A stretch of DNA of 63,786 nucleotides, the filler included, from Nemertoderma westbladi (Eukaryota > Animalia > Xenacoelomorpha), in NCBI GenBank assembly GCA_032718475.1. It is 3 parts of 3 records of this genome, joined end to end, with 100 filler letters (N's around TTAATTAATTAA, not from the genome) between each part and the next. Parts side by side here need not be neighbours in the genome. Positions count along the whole stretch, not along the records: positions 23,435 to 43,138 come from JAUCBJ010002795.1; 2 more parts are not named here. The stretch is one strand, 5' to 3'. The notes beneath the pieces were generated by a model. It was given only the letters and a program-made list of their open reading frames with translations, had not been told where the DNA came from and ran no database searches. Below are positions 25,046 through 43,238 of this stretch, in pieces. The position numbers were made by a program, and so were the translations under genes. Positions within the stretch are counted from its first letter, which is position 1; every line of letters starts with the position of its first letter.

Positions 25046-26042
25046 CTATGGCTATCACCCATTGAAGTCTCTGTGCTGTCAATCACTTATTCCTTTAGAA
25101 GTTTATGTAGGTACTTTACTGGGATTGATACATATTAGATTGGTCGCTGGCTGAGGCTAGTCCAGATATAATATATTAGGAAGGCACTCTGGCTGTGACT
25201 GGGCGGCAAATTGATTCAACTGGGCGGCACTTGTGCCGCCTAGTGGCAAAGTTAAACGAGGCTATGGGTTCGGGGAGACAAAGTAGGCCTACCATATGTT
25301 AGAGAACCCCCCCCCCCCCCCCCCCCCCCCTAAACAATCTAAATTCGCTACAAACAGAGAAATATTTATTGCAGTTGTACCACGGTACGTGGATTAGGGA
25401 TTTTCGGGCCCCTTGGCCCTTGTTGTCCCAACTTTCGTGCCCCTACCCCCGCGCCCCGCTCACCGTTATTTTGCAGAACAATATTTGATTTAGATTTAAA
25501 TGTTTTTAAAAGGCGAAATCTGTCAAAAATCCCCCAAAAATTCGATTTTTTTAATAATTTTTGAACGGAAGCAAATTTATCAAAATTTTGGTAATAGGAT
25601 CGATTATCGATATCATTTTGCACAAATGATGAAATTTTGGGCACTTGATGACCATCCCTCTAAAAGCCTTTGTATTTTAAAAAATAATTGCATAAATTAT
25701 GTTAATTAGGTAAAAAATTATAAATTTCGAAAAAAAATTTTTTCCACATATTGTATACAAGTGTGAAAAACATCAATTAATTTTGATAAAATCCAGTCTC
25801 CGAAATAAGGGGATGAAATTTGTTAGTTAATTAGTGACCCCCCCTTAATTACTGATTGATAAATTTGATTATGTTATGATCATGATAAGATCTGAAAAGA
25901 TCTATCTTGGTATGATATGCAATCTTATGTAAAAAGCTGTGAAAGAGAGTACTCTGGTCGGTCAAATACGGCAAAAAAATAATTATCTGTCCTCTGCCTC
26001 TGGTGTTTTAAAATTTGGGCAGCCTCATTATCTGGCCTGATC

Positions 26043-27710
26043 GGGTATAACTTTTGCGTAGAGGTATAGCCTACATAGAGGCTACATGTAGGTATGTGTA
26101 GCCTACATGTAGATGCACGTGTAGGGTGAATGTAGGTAGGTGTAGATAGGTCTTTAAAAACAACAATGATGAATGAATAGGCCTACACGGGGTACCTGGA
26201 CCCGAACTTCCTCGATGAGATGCGAATGCGGCGAACAGGGGTGGTACCCGGAACAACCACGAAGAGATGCGCATATGGCGGGCGGTGGTACCCGAAACAA
26301 CCAGGAGGAGATGCGAATACGTCGAATGGGGGTCCCCTAAATACCCACGAGACGGAGCCTATCAATACTACAGTACTGACAAAGGAAAAAACGACTGAAC
26401 GATATACCGATACATACTGTAGATCTTATGATCCTGCGGGTTCAGGCATGGAGGCTAATGACTTTGTATGGGCCGAACGGCCCGAACCTGATGTTTCCAG
26501 TCAAGGAGGAATCGACTAACGGTTAGGGTTAGAGCTCGTCGTCGGTGTCCATGAGGGTCTGAGGATGAGTGGGTAATTCAACAAAACGCTAACAATGATA
26601 CCGGACTGACTGATTGAACCAGAGTGGCGATGGTAGTCGCTGATGTATATATATTATATACTGTATATCATGTATTGATTGTTAGTATATATTTTTTTAT
26701 AATTAATATTTGTTTATTAAATTGTCTTCAATGTCTATATTGATAATATTGTGTGCTGTGCTGATTTTACTTATTTTTCATTTTATAAATCTTGCTGTGG
26801 CCGTTTTAATCTACTAAACTGCCGTATCAATTTCATGATATTTTAATGGATATGCAATTTAACTTCTTCTTTCTATTAACTTTCAATGCAATCAAATATA
26901 ACTGTAAAGCTATTGACTTTCGTGTTATTGTTTTGCTGTTACTTCGAGATGGGATTTTAATCCATCGGATTACTGATTAATTCCCATAATCGAGATGGGA
27001 ATACTTTATAATGAAACAGTGTGGTGGTCCGCGGGATAGTGGGAAGGGATGGGACTGTTGCTGGTTGGTGGAATGTGACTGCCTGAAAAATTAAAACAAA
27101 CAAAACTTCCAGACTTCTATATTTTTACTTTCAAAACAAAACGTCCAAAACATTTCAATGCTGAAGTAATGTTCAAGTCCCATGGATGTATGGTTGATAA
27201 ACAGATAAAAAGGGGCAGAGGGGGGTCAGGGTTTCTGGTAGACTACAGTATAGTCCCCGCGATGATGGCTGTTCTTGTTTAGGTTGCTCTTACTCAATAA
27301 ACATATAAATCAGAACGAGTTAATCTAATGGAACGATGCCTTTCGTGGCGTTAGCATACTCAAATTTATTAGGGCATAATATTTATGACGATGAGTAAGG
27401 GACTTTAGTATAATCAGAACGCGATGTTTGATATTTATACAGTACTGCAGTATGCAGTAAAACCTGTTGTCTGACAGCAGACAGGTCTGCAGGTTGATGT
27501 ACCGTATTGTACCGTGGAGATCAGAGATTATTGCCATACATCCTGATTGACGACCGTGTATCACGTTACTGCAAGTTGACACATAAATTACATTAATATC
27601 TATGGGACTACACCTACCTACATTCACCCTACACGTGCATCTACATGTAGGCTACACATACCTACATGAAGCCTCTATGTAGGCTATACCTATACGCAAA
27701 AGATATACCC
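26043..27710. mobile_element. Non-autonomous Mutator-like element with ~105-bp TIRs
   Basis: 9-bp TSD GGCCTGATC (26034-26042 and 27711-27719). TIR GGGTATAACTTTTGCGTAGAGGTATAGCC... matches the reverse complement of 27607-27710. Confidence 0.9.
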
Positions 27711-28127
27711 GGCCTGATCTTATCCTGATCGTAGTCTAATCGTAGCAGATATAATAGCCATGTTGTTACTTTCCAAGACAATAATTATAATGTTTAATGT
27801 AAAAATGGTTTTTATATTTACGAATTGAAACCATAGGCCTATCTATTCAATAAATAAATATTTTTCAATATTTGTATATGTAAATTCTTAAAAGATTTTG
27901 ACATGATCAAGCTATGATCGGAACAGATTTACAATGTATTATGATGATCAGTACAGATGAATCAAGCACATTGCATGATCCGTATAGTTCTTGGCAGATT
28001 CGTAAAGTCGCTAGTCTAGTGTCTAGGCCTAGGGTAGGTATTATATTTCACTTTTCAATTTCCAGTTACTGAATTTAATTACCGGTACCTGACAGCCTGA
28101 TTGTGATTACAGTACTGATGGTCGCAA

Positions 28128-31100
28128 AAATCTAAGTTCATCAAAGTCAGGCCCTGCCAGCCTGCAGGGTCTAAGTTGGTTTTACCGTCTGGTAGTGCTG
28201 TAGTGTGTAGTGCAGTTGCGTTGCAGTACTGCAGGGTTCCCCTGCTTTAGATCCTAGAGCACCTTAGATCGTGACTGCCTGAACGAACTTAGATCTTGGG
28301 TGAACATAGATCCTTACCATACGAACTTAGATCCTTCCCATTCCCAGTGTACTGTAGGTAAGGTAGCCTACCGTACGTGTACCAGTACTGCAGTACAGTA
28401 TGATGGCATGCTTGACAGCAGTAAATGGCTGCAGTGGTACAGTCTGACAGTGTACAATCATAGCATTTACAATTTTTTAAAGTAGGGCCTATCTGTAATA
28501 GTCTGCTAGTCAGCCAGCTGGCCAGTACCAGTACTGCAGTACAGTCAGTCAGTCATTGATTTTAAGTAAATACTGCAGTATTATCAGATTATACTTGATA
28601 TTGAAGCTGTACTACAGTACTTATAGTGTTAAATAATTGTTCAGATTAGAATATGCACGAAATATAATACTTTATTAAAAAATTAACTCCGGCAATATTT
28701 TTACCGGAGCCGGAGCAGGAGCCGGAGGTGCCAAAATGGCCGGAGCCGGAGCCGGAGGCCGGAGCTCCGATCGAGCCCTAATTCCCATACGAACTTAGAT
28801 CCTTCCCATACGAACTTAGATCCTTCCCATACTGCCATACTGCCATACGAACTTAGATCCTTCCCATAGGAACTTTGATCCTCAACATACGAAACTTAGC
28901 TCCCCTTGCATATATATTGCTGTACAGTAGCTGTGTTAACTGGCAGACTGGTTAATGTGAAATGTCATTCCCATAGGCCTGCAGATCTTACTGTAATGTA
29001 AATATTATCACGCTTGAAAGGGAAGCGAACTTAGATCCCACCACCAATACATTGCAATGAAATTAGCTATTAATTGGCTTATTTGCATACCGTATTTGAT
29101 CATTATAAGTAGTTTTATATGCTTAATGAAACACAGTACAATACACTATAACATCGATAGAATGCGGCCAACGCACAGTCAAACAGTACGCGTGGGATCT
29201 AAGCTCGCTTCTCCTCTAGCAGTCTAGCTTGTGCTAAGGAATTTTATATAAATTGGGATCTATAAGTCCACCACATACAGTTAGGTACAATGGCCAAATC
29301 TGAAATCTGGCAACCTCAAAAGTTGCCACATATGGCAATGTTTATTGCCAAATCTGGCAACTTTTGGTTTTTCTAATTTTCGCACGCCCAGAAGCAAAAT
29401 CGCATTTTGGTAAATAGTTAAGTGAAAAGAGCGCGAAATTTAAATATAATTGACCGTATAAGAAAAAAATCATCGTCTGAATTTCTCTTAGCAATAGGCC
29501 CTAGGCCGAAATGTGCCTAATATAATTATTGCCATTTTTGGCAACCATTAGAATTAAAGAAAAATAATGGTTGCCATTTTTGGCAACAATTATTATTGTG
29601 CAGCCCTGTCAGTAACTCTGTCATTGTAAATTACTTCAAAATTGCTTACTGCTTGCTTACCCTTGTCGAGTTGTGATGATTTATAGCCTAAACATTATTA
29701 GTTGATGAAATGTCAGAATGTAGGCCTATTTGATATGTTGTTAATACAGTAATATGTTAATGGACAGATGGATGAGTCTGTAAACTGTAACAGATCTGCA
29801 GATACCGTACTGGTAGAATGGTATAGGCCCTATCTGCCTATGGTATAGCTGTATAGGCATAAACAAATCTAAAGAATCACTTGCTTCAAAGGCTGAAATG
29901 GAAATAAACGTAATAATATTTGACAACGTCAGAACGTTAACATCACCAAAAGGCAGCAAGAAGGTAAGGGGGCATTAAAGTTTGAGAAACGGCGTGACGG
30001 AAGAAAAATAGTGTCAAAATTTAGAAAGACTGAGAAAACCAAAACGCGTGTTAACAGGTTAAGGGATTCAACAAATTGTTTCTAGTAGGCCCTAATCAGC
30101 TAATGAAAAACGGGATGAAATTATTTTCATTATATGTCTGTATGTACTGATGTAGGAATGGAAAGATAGATATACTGAACTGATATAGAGTGAAGGATGA
30201 TTTAGATTGCTGGGCAATTGTATCAGCATTACACAGTTACAATCTTTAACTACTAAACTATTATTGGTACAAAGAACAATTGACCACCTCCCCAAGCAGC
30301 GCCAGAGATTACTAGCAAAAATCTCAAAAAAAGCAAAAAAAACTATCACCAGTCAGTCTGTGTTTGTGTTATTGACTCTCATTCTCACCTCATTTATTAG
30401 GATATATTGATGTATTGGTTAGAACTTAGAAAATGCCACTACCTGACTACCGGTATAAGTATAACCTGTAACCTGGCCTGTAACCTAAGATCTAAGTTCG
30501 CTTTGCTTTCAACGTGGGATCTAAGTTCGCTTCGCGACTAGCATGATGATTACCAAAGGCTTTTAATAGCATAAATTAGGATCTAAGTTCCGGTCCTACG
30601 AATTACCCCAAAATACCCCAAAACACCCCAAAATACCCCAAAAGACCCCAAAATAGTATAAAACTACCCCAAAATACCCCAAAATAGTTTAGAATTACCC
30701 CAAAATAGTTTAGAATTACCCCAAAATACTTTTTTTTCAGCCTTTGTTTTGGAAATTTAATTGACCCCAAAATATGGCAAAATGACGAATTACCCCAAAA
30801 TAATGACGAATTACCCCAAAATAATTAAAATTTTTTCTTCACTCTCGTTTATTGTTTTGGTTAAAAAAAACTTGCCACTGTAACCTGCTCCTTTCCCTCG
30901 CTGTTAAAAAACATGGTTAGCTTATTTTGGGGTATTTTGGGGTAATTTTTTAGCCTTTTTGGGGTATTTTGGGGTAATATTTGACTATTTTGGGGTATTT
31001 TGGAGTATTTTGGGGTATTTTGGGGTGTTTTGGGGTATTTTGGGGTAATTCGTAGGACCCTCTAAGTTCACCTAGTTAGGAACTAAGTTCACCTTGTTAG

Positions 31101-31272
31101 GATCTAAGTTCACCTAGTTAGGATCTAAGTTCACCCAGGTAGGATTTAAGTTCACCTAGTTAGGATCTAAATTCACCTAGTTAGGATCTAAGTTCACCCA
31201 GATAGGACCTAAGTTCGGAAAGATCTAAGTTCATCATAGTCAGGTCTTGCAGGATCTAAGTTCGTTTTACCG
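28128..31272. repeat. Foldback-like remnants with many GAACTTAGATCC / GGATCTAAGTTC subrepeats
   Basis: Forward copies at ~28250-29040, reverse copies at ~29190-29270 and ~30490-31265; boundaries unclear and interrupted by other MITEs. Confidence 0.55.
30591..31060. mobile_element. Mutator-like MITE with TACCCCAAAA subterminal repeats
   Basis: 9-bp TSD TCTAAGTTC (30582-30590 and 31061-31069); TIR (C/G)GGTCCTACGAATTACCCC. Confidence 0.9.
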
Positions 31273-32577
31273 TACTGCAGTAGTGCGGTTGACTGTTGAG
31301 GTAGATTCCAGTCGGCCAGTTGCTAGTCAGCCAGTCACAAGTGCAGTCTGGTAGTGTCAGCGTAGCAGTGCAGTAGCCTGTCACTGCTGTCAGACAGACA
31401 TATTATAGATACCACCAAACATTAAAACTGTCATCAGAAATATAATCACCGACCCCGAAAACCCCCTTATTGCAGTACCGGTATTGAATATTGATAATTT
31501 TAGTGAGTTGGTATGAAGCCATAGTGTCAAACAATACTGACCGATTAACAGACTACAGACAGTCAGGTTTGAGCGGGAAGTTTCATACTTTAAAGCAAAT
31601 TATCTCGGAATTACATTTCACGATATTTAAATTTTTCAAAATACTACTCCTCCGCCGTTTTTCACCCAAATTCGATAATTTATGGCTCGTTTGAAAGGTT
31701 TTCTGAAGATCTTAAAAAATTATCCAGCACTTTTTTTGAAAATTTTTTTTTTTTCAATTTTATTGAAAATTTTAAATAATTTTATTAATTTGAATTAATT
31801 TACTTAAAAATTAATAATTTAAAAAATCGGCTAGATAATTTTTGTAGATTCGAAGGTGTTAAAGTTAACCGAAGGTGGTTAAAGTTCTGTTGAAATGACA
31901 TTGGACCCACAGCCACAAAGGTTTTATTTGACAAGTAACAAAGTCTATAGTTTTTAATATCGAGAAGCATTGCGAATCAGTCAGTCAGTACTCAGTAGCT
32001 TCATCAAGGTTTTCTAAATTACTCAAAGAGCCACAGAAATCCATAACTTTCTTGTCAACAAATTCTAAACACTCTCTTGAAGTGAGAAATCCACGATACT
32101 TCCCTTTCAACGACTTGGCTGTTGACATAATTGAGGACTTTAAGATTTGAAGTTCAGAATGAGTGGCTGTGCCACTTTCAGCAGCTGGTGTTGGAATTGA
32201 GAAAAGTATATTCGCATCTTCGTCTGGTCAATTTCAGTATGAATTTGAGATCTTGACAATTCATAACATTAACATTTATCACAAACAAATTTGTTACGTG
32301 TTGAGATCTTTCTATTCGTTATCATTGATCACAGTTTTCTGAAATTCTCCGTGAGTTTTCGAAGAACATAAATTAATAAGTCCAGTCCCAGTGGTACCAG
32401 AACACGACCCACACTGATTCCTAAATGTTGGTTTTGTCGAGGCGTCGCTTTCAGAAGGTGTTTCATCCATTATTACAATTTACAAGTAATGGGCGACTCA
32501 CATATACATTACCGGTACAGGCTGACAGGTTTATTTGATACCCATAATTTAACTATTTTAGTAGATAGGTATTAGGT

Positions 32578-33172
32578 GGGTGACAGACCGAACATAATCA
32601 GGATCGAATGTAACATGGTTTTTACTAATCGAACGTAACCTAAATTATGTTACATTTGGATCCTATAACTATGTTACATTCGATCTACAAATTACTAAGC
32701 TCGAATGTAACATACATTTATTTCAGTTGTTTTTTGATTTCAGGAGTTAACCGATGAAATGCTTCGTTTATTTACAGGAAGAAACAGTTTGGTGTTGGTG
32801 AGTACAAAACAAAGACCCAAGACACAATTAAGTGACCTGCAATCTTGTATTGTAGCCTAACATGTATTAACTTTCGTTTATTGTTTTGGTTCCCCCAACA
32901 CGCCTCTGTAACCTGCTCCTTTCAGCCTTTAAATAAAAGTAACCTGCATAATCTTGTAACATCTGTTAACTTTCGTTTATTGTTTTGGTTCCCCCAACGC
33001 GCATCTGTAACCTGCTCCTTTAAATTGGTAAATGGCAATGTTACATTCGAGCTTAGTAATTTGTAGATCGAATGTAACATAGTTATAGGATCCAATGTAA
33101 CATAATTGCAGTTACGTTCGATACGAAATAACTATGTTACATTCGATCCTGATTACGTTCGGTCATGTATCC
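32578..33172. mobile_element. Mutator-like MITE with long TIRs
   Basis: 9-bp TSD GTATTAGGT (32569-32577 and 33173-33181); ~135-bp inverted arms (GACCGAAC.TAATCAGGATCGAATGTAACAT...). Confidence 0.88.
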
Positions 33173-34911
33173 GTATTAGGTATATGAGTGAGTAGATAAA
33201 AAACTGCTTCTTTAAGAAGTAGCCAGAAGTTATAACAACCCCGCACTGCTTATTTAGGAAGTAACTACAAACTTGGTTAAGATCGCACTGCTTATTTAAA
33301 CAAGCCAAAACACTTATTTAGGAAGTGCGCCTCGTCAGAAAGTATTCCAGGATATATTGGAACTACTGCTTCATAGTAGAAGCCTAGTATATTGACTTCT
33401 CTTCTACACGACAGAATTAATTTCAGATTAATTTCATGACTCAGGGTAGGTATACAAACGTTCCCATTGGATGAGAAAAATTTGGGTACTTTTGATTTGC
33501 TACCTATCAAACAATCAAAACAACACAAAAATTAGTGTAAAACTGCCTAAATAAGCAGTGGGATCCGTAAATAAGAAGTGCGACCCGTACTGCTTATTTA
33601 AGCATATTCAGATATTATGTTCCCTACTGTCAGAAGTTGGTTTAAAAAATTTTGGATAAATATTAAGGCAGACTAGTATGTTATGTAGTAGGCCCAGTGT
33701 TTTTAGTGAAATATTTAATTCCGCCACTCGCCGCTAGAGGGGCTCAAAAAAATTTAAAATTTCAATTTTTGTTGCTCTTTGGCCTTCGCCTTCCCCACGT
33801 TGGGTGAACACCACAAGTGATATTGATCTACAAAATACAGTGATATTGATCTACCTACAAAACGAAGTTAGAGCTGTTTAAAAAAAATCTCCTGACTGCC
33901 TGAGGGGGTACCCCCTCCGGTAATATTTTTTTGAAATGGCCTCCACTTACAAGTTACAACATGTTTTTATTGCTGACTTTGTGGCATCTACACTACACTA
34001 CGTCACTAACAGACTAAACGCATCTACAATACCTGAATACTGCAATAGCAAGACTTATATCATATATATATATATATGTTGTGTCTCTGCCGGATAGCGG
34101 TTGGTTTTAACAGTTACCGGTAACGAAGTTGTATATCATATAGGCCTACAGTTTATCATTTGTTAAATAAGCATTTAATCCTATGCATTTATTATTGTAT
34201 TAGGCCTAAATACTAAGATAATAATAAGATAATCAGGGATAATAAGAAGGTCTAAATTAAATTAAAATTGGAGAATAATCAAGAAATACAAGGCAGCAAG
34301 GGGGCAAGGGGGCAAGAGTTTTTCATTTTCACACGGGTTGTTTTTCGTAGTTTCTAGGACCCGTGTCTGAGTGTGAGGGTCCGGTCCGAAGTTATAGTAC
34401 AATAGTTCATAGTACTGTAGTACCTGTGGTATTTTCGCCTTGCAAAAAATAAGACCGTACCTATGTTATTGAGTTATCGTTTATTGTTCTGGTTAGAAAA
34501 TCCTGCACTGTAAACCTGCTCCTTTCCGTTAATTAAGAAATTTACTTTTGTTTATTGTTTTGGTTAGAAAACAGCGCCACTGTAACCTGCTGACCTGCCA
34601 GCCTGCTCCATTTCCAACAGGTACGCATATGAACGATAACCCTGTCCGACCGGACAGGGGTATCGTCAGCGAAATCGGTCACTATCGTTATCGTCACCAG
34701 TCAGCCAGTAGGCCTACCGGTACTGGCTGACTGGCAACTTGGGTAATGCAGTAGGTAATGGGTAGGTTATTAATGTTTGATTTATCTTTAGGCCTAGTCA
34801 TAGAGATAATTTTTAAACAGAATCTAGGTAAGGCGTAGGCTAATAATTAGGCCTAAGTTTCATTAATAAATATTTAAAATTTTTGTTCTCCTACTTTACT
34901 ACCGTTAATAA

Positions 34912-40920
<6,009 letters not shown>

Positions 40921-40923
<3 letters not shown>

Positions 40924-41126
40924 CGTCATACGGCTGTCCTCGAATTCCATTAGGTTGCCATGGTTACCCACAACGTGGCTTTTAGAATATTTTCGCCATC
41001 TGTTCGGAACATCGGTTGCTAGGCAACAACCAACTACCACCCTGTTTAATAGTTTTCGCGCCAAGATTTTGGTTGCTATGCAACGGAGAAGATTCTGTTC
41101 TCGATAAACACAGTTGCTGTGGTTAC
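40921..41126. promoter_or_regulatory. Cluster of four RFX X-box-like palindromes plus CRE-like and E2F-like sites
   Basis: GTTGCCATGGTTAC 40954, GTTGCTAGGCAAC 41015, GTTGCTATGCAAC 41072, GTTGCTGTGGTTAC 41113; TGACGTCA 40921; TTTTCGCGCC 41053. Confidence 0.4.
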
Positions 41127-41999
41127 CTTTACAGTCTCATAATTAAATGCCTTTTAGTTGGAATATTTCTCATTTACTCACCAACTATCCTGTAAGATAC
41201 ATTTTATATTTAGGATATAAAGGTTCTACTAGTTGAGACAAAATCACTGAAAGATAAAACTTTGGTAAATCAGTTTATGTTACACGAGAACGCCAATGAG
41301 TAACTAACCGTTAGTAACCGTTACTACGTCGTTAATTAATTAATAGTGGATGACCTGTTACATTAATACGAATCAGCAGTTAGTTGTTAACAATTTTCGG
41401 GTGTTTATTTTATTAAAACCTCGTATTTTGTTGATATTAATTGACGTAGAATCTCAATTCTAGTTTGTAGTTTTGGGATATATCGATTATAATTACTAAA
41501 GATCACTTCACTTTGGCTTTATAAATGTGATTAATTCTCAATTTATTTGACTTGTGGAGCCAAAAACTGTCTTTATATTATTATTAATATTTATCGTATA
41601 CCTGCAAGGCGTTGGCCGTTGTCTCTATTGTTAGTAGATCTCGAAGCCGATGAATCAAATTAAATTAAATTAATATTCAACTTAAAAAGGTCATTGGCCG
41701 ACATAAAAAAATATTTTTAGAACTGACTAGGTCTAGGAAAAATTACTCATATTTGTAAAAGTTACTAAAAAAATTATTATAAAAATTTGAGATGAATGCA
41801 GAGATTTGGTTATCTGTGGACTTTGGGACCTATTGTAGTCGTAGTGGTGCCCCTCTGTCTGTCTATAAACAATCAATGTACACTTTGTGGTGTCTTCAAG
41901 TATCATAGTGGCAAAACAATTTTCCCAACAGCTGAAGTGTTTCAGATTTGTGACCCGGCATGTCCGCTTGTCTCTTTTATGTTTGTTTGTATTGCTGTT

Positions 42000-42800
42000 C
42001 AATATTGCCAAAGGGGTCAGCCAATTGGAACATAATACCCACACATACAGACATACAGGCACACAAATCCGATGTACTTCCTGTCTCTCTTTACGTGTCT
42101 CGCTCCACAATGTACAGTACATTGTGTGCAATCTCACTCAAATGGACTTAAGCACTCTTCATATACGTAATTCGAAAAATGAACAGAAAAATGGTATAGT
42201 CTGTGCAACTTTTGTGGACTTTCAAACCGTGTTGTACCGTGCTCGTCTGTTACGAAAATTATATTATCATTTTGTAATAAAGGGGGCAAGACTTACATAT
42301 TAATCAGGGCCTTTTCAACAACTACTTCTATATATCCGATGGTATATGCATCTCATACGTCATTAACCAACTAAGGGGGTATCCTACGTAAGGGGACTCA
42401 CTAACACTCTTATTGTTATTCATTGTTGATGTCGACCTTGCTGAAAATGCTGGGTTACTTGACTCGGTTTCAACAACGTTAGCCTTTAAACTTATTGGCG
42501 ATGACACTCTTTTCATTTTCTCTGCAATGAATTGCAGAGAAAAATCGTCTTATGTGAAAATAAACCACTGTACTTAATTCGGCGTGCTCTTGTAACTCCT
42601 GAAGTTTATAAACTGGAATATTAAGGATTGTTACAAAACCGTATGTGCAATAAGTTTAATAAATTCAATATCTCGAGAAATTCTTGGAAGCTCCGGTACG
42701 TTGTTTTTGGTTCTGCAGTCCTCAATTATAGGACTCTATCTGTGGACATATCCGAGCTAATGGACAAAAACAATTAAGGAATGTCAGGATCTTATTTGTC
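42000..42800 (+). mobile_element. Highly decayed LINE RT remnant
   Basis: Fragments resembling CATFVDF and GDSL.LLLLFI.D with stops. Confidence 0.35.
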
Positions 42801-43138
42801 TTTAATTAATAGTCTAATGGTATCACTATATAGTAATCACATAGTAAGCATTACTATGAATATAGTAATATTCATTGCCATTTTTTAGTTGTAACATTTT
42901 AGTTTAAATAACAGATTGTAATCTTGAGTAACGTTTCCCTTCCCAGTGCCATAGCCATTTGTGGTCCATACGAGTGAGTTGTAGAGCAGACACATTAAGC
43001 TAAGACAGTCTATAATATTTATATTGAAATTGTTTATGTGATAATTAACTATTTGCAGACAGGTAATGTATCAACAGTATCATCACACTATCGGAGATGT
43101 TCGCATGCAATAAAGTTCGTTTACGTTTAGTCTTTAAT

Positions 43139-43238
43139 NNNNNNNNNNNNNNNNNNNNNNNNNNNNNNNNNNNNNNNNNNNNTTAATTAATTAANNNNNN
43201 NNNNNNNNNNNNNNNNNNNNNNNNNNNNNNNNNNNNNN
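43139..43238. other. Artificial contig-join spacer
   Basis: 44 N + TTAATTAATTAA + 44 N. Confidence 0.97.

Noticed and set aside
32000-32470. Minus-strand reading MDETPSESDAS...CGSC
   Set aside because: Interrupted by stops; cannot assign a family.
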